Shown piece by piece: positions 62,680 to 64,000 of a stretch of 64,000 nucleotides of DNA. The DNA is from the human T2T-CHM13v2.0 reference genome, Homo sapiens. Below the pieces are notes generated by a model that searched no databases, was not told where the DNA came from, and saw only the letters and a list, made by a program, of their open reading frames with translations. Numbering within the stretch: position 1 is the stretch's first letter; each line of letters starts with the position of its first letter. The stretch is taken from NCBI RefSeq assembly GCF_009914755.1, contig NC_060930.1; one strand, written 5' to 3'. The position numbers and the translations under genes were made by a program.

Positions 62680-63523
62680 TTTTTGCTGCACAAAAGCTGT
62701 GAGCCTTCTACGTGGAGAACCCCCACAAAAAGTTCCAACGGGGGTCTGTGGACCCTTGCCAGCAGGGACGATATGATTACTTCTAGGTAGATCTAGTTTA
62801 AATTTAAAAGGAGTGCAAGTACATTCAGATTACAATGGGGAAATTCATCAATTCATCATTGATTCAGATAACAAATCAATTCATCATTGATTCAGATTAC
62901 AATGGGGAAATTCAAATTGTTATATCTACTTCTGTTCCCTGGAAAGCAGAGCCAGGAGAGCTCCTGATTGTGCCATATGTGGAAATGGGGAAAAGTGAAG
63001 TTAAACGAACAGAAGGATTTGGAAGCACAAATAAATAAGGCAAAGCAGCTTACTGGGTGAATCAAATTGCTGATAAACATCCTACCTATGAAATAACTAT
63101 TCAGGGAAAGAAATTTAAAGGTTTGGTAGATACAGGAGTGGACATTTCAATCATTTCTCTACAGCACTGGCCGTCCACGTGGCCAATTCAACCCGCTCAA
63201 TTTAACATAGTTGGAGTTGGTAAAGGCCCTGATGTATACCAAAGTAGTTATATTTTGCATTGTGAAGGGCCTGATGGACAACTTGGGACTATTCAACCAA
63301 TTGTAACTTCTGTGCCTATAAATTTATGGGGGAGAGATTTATTACAACAATGGGGAGCACAAGTTTTAATTCCAGAGCAATTATATAGCCCTCAAAGTCA
63401 ACATATGATGCATGAATGGGGTATGTCCATGGTATGGGACTAGGAAAAAATTTGCAAAGTTTGAAGGAACCACTTCAAGTGGAAAGACAAAATTCCCGCC
63501 AAGGTTGAGGATATCATTTTTGA
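62680..63523 (+). pseudogene. pro: HERV-K(HML-3) dUTPase-protease-G-patch (disrupted)
   Basis: GRSSLNLKG, IDSDYNGEI, GFGST (dUTPase); LVDTGVD and NLWGRDLL (aspartic protease); GMGLGK. Confidence 0.88.
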
Positions 63524-64000
63524 TGGCAGCCATTGTTAAGCCTCTAGAACCTACACCTTTTAAATGGTTAACAGATAAGCCAATTGGATAACAGATAAGC
63601 CAATTTGGATAGAACAATGACCGCTAAGTAAAGAGAAACTGGAGGCTTTAGAGGACTTAGTTAATGAACAATTAGAAAAAGGATACATAGCTCCAATATT
63701 TTCCCCTTGGAATTCTCCAATTTTTGTAATTAATAAAAAATCAGGTAAATGGAGAATGTTAACTGATGTATGAGCCATTAATTCAGTTATACAACCAATG
63801 GGACATTGCAGCCAGGACTGCCTTCTCCTGCTATGATTCCAAAAAATTGGCCTTTAATAGTCATAGATTTAAGACTGTTTCTTTACTATCCCCTTAGCTG
63901 AGCAAGACTGTGAACGGTTTGCATTTACAATTCCTGCAGTAAACAACCTACAGCCTGCTAAGCGTTTTCATTGGAAAGTGTTGCCACAAGGCATGTTAAA
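63523..64000 (+). pseudogene. pol: HERV-K(HML-3) pol/RT 5' part (disrupted, cut by window end)
   Basis: [36 protein letters not shown]; stops, frameshifts, 20-bp tandem duplication at 63570-63610. Confidence 0.9.

Noticed and set aside
62010-64000. Coding-competent HERV-K genes
   Set aside because: gag, pro and pol all show stops, frameshifts or deletions.

Overview
This is primate genomic DNA, very likely human chr6q21, containing the complete AMD1 gene (S-adenosylmethionine decarboxylase proenzyme) on the + strand. The gene has a CpG-island/TATA promoter (~19.3 kb), the polyamine-sensing uORF MAGDIS, and nine GT-AG coding exons that splice to 334 aa (stop TGA 38218-38220). Two poly(A) signals follow. 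The stop codon is followed by an unusual 127-codon in-frame open 'tail' ending at TAG 38602-38604, matching the published AMD1 readthrough/ribosome-stall element. Upstream lie a U6 snRNA pseudogene, a processed calponin-2 (CNN2) pseudogene and an ERV1 solo LTR. Downstream lie a full-length but dead L1PA element with an AluY inserted in it, and the 5' part of a HERV-K(HML-3)/MER9 provirus running off the window end. The rest is extremely Alu-dense. Repeat subfamily names come from recalled consensus motifs, not a database search, and repeat boundaries are approximate. Most ORFs in the supplied track are Alu or microsatellite artefacts.
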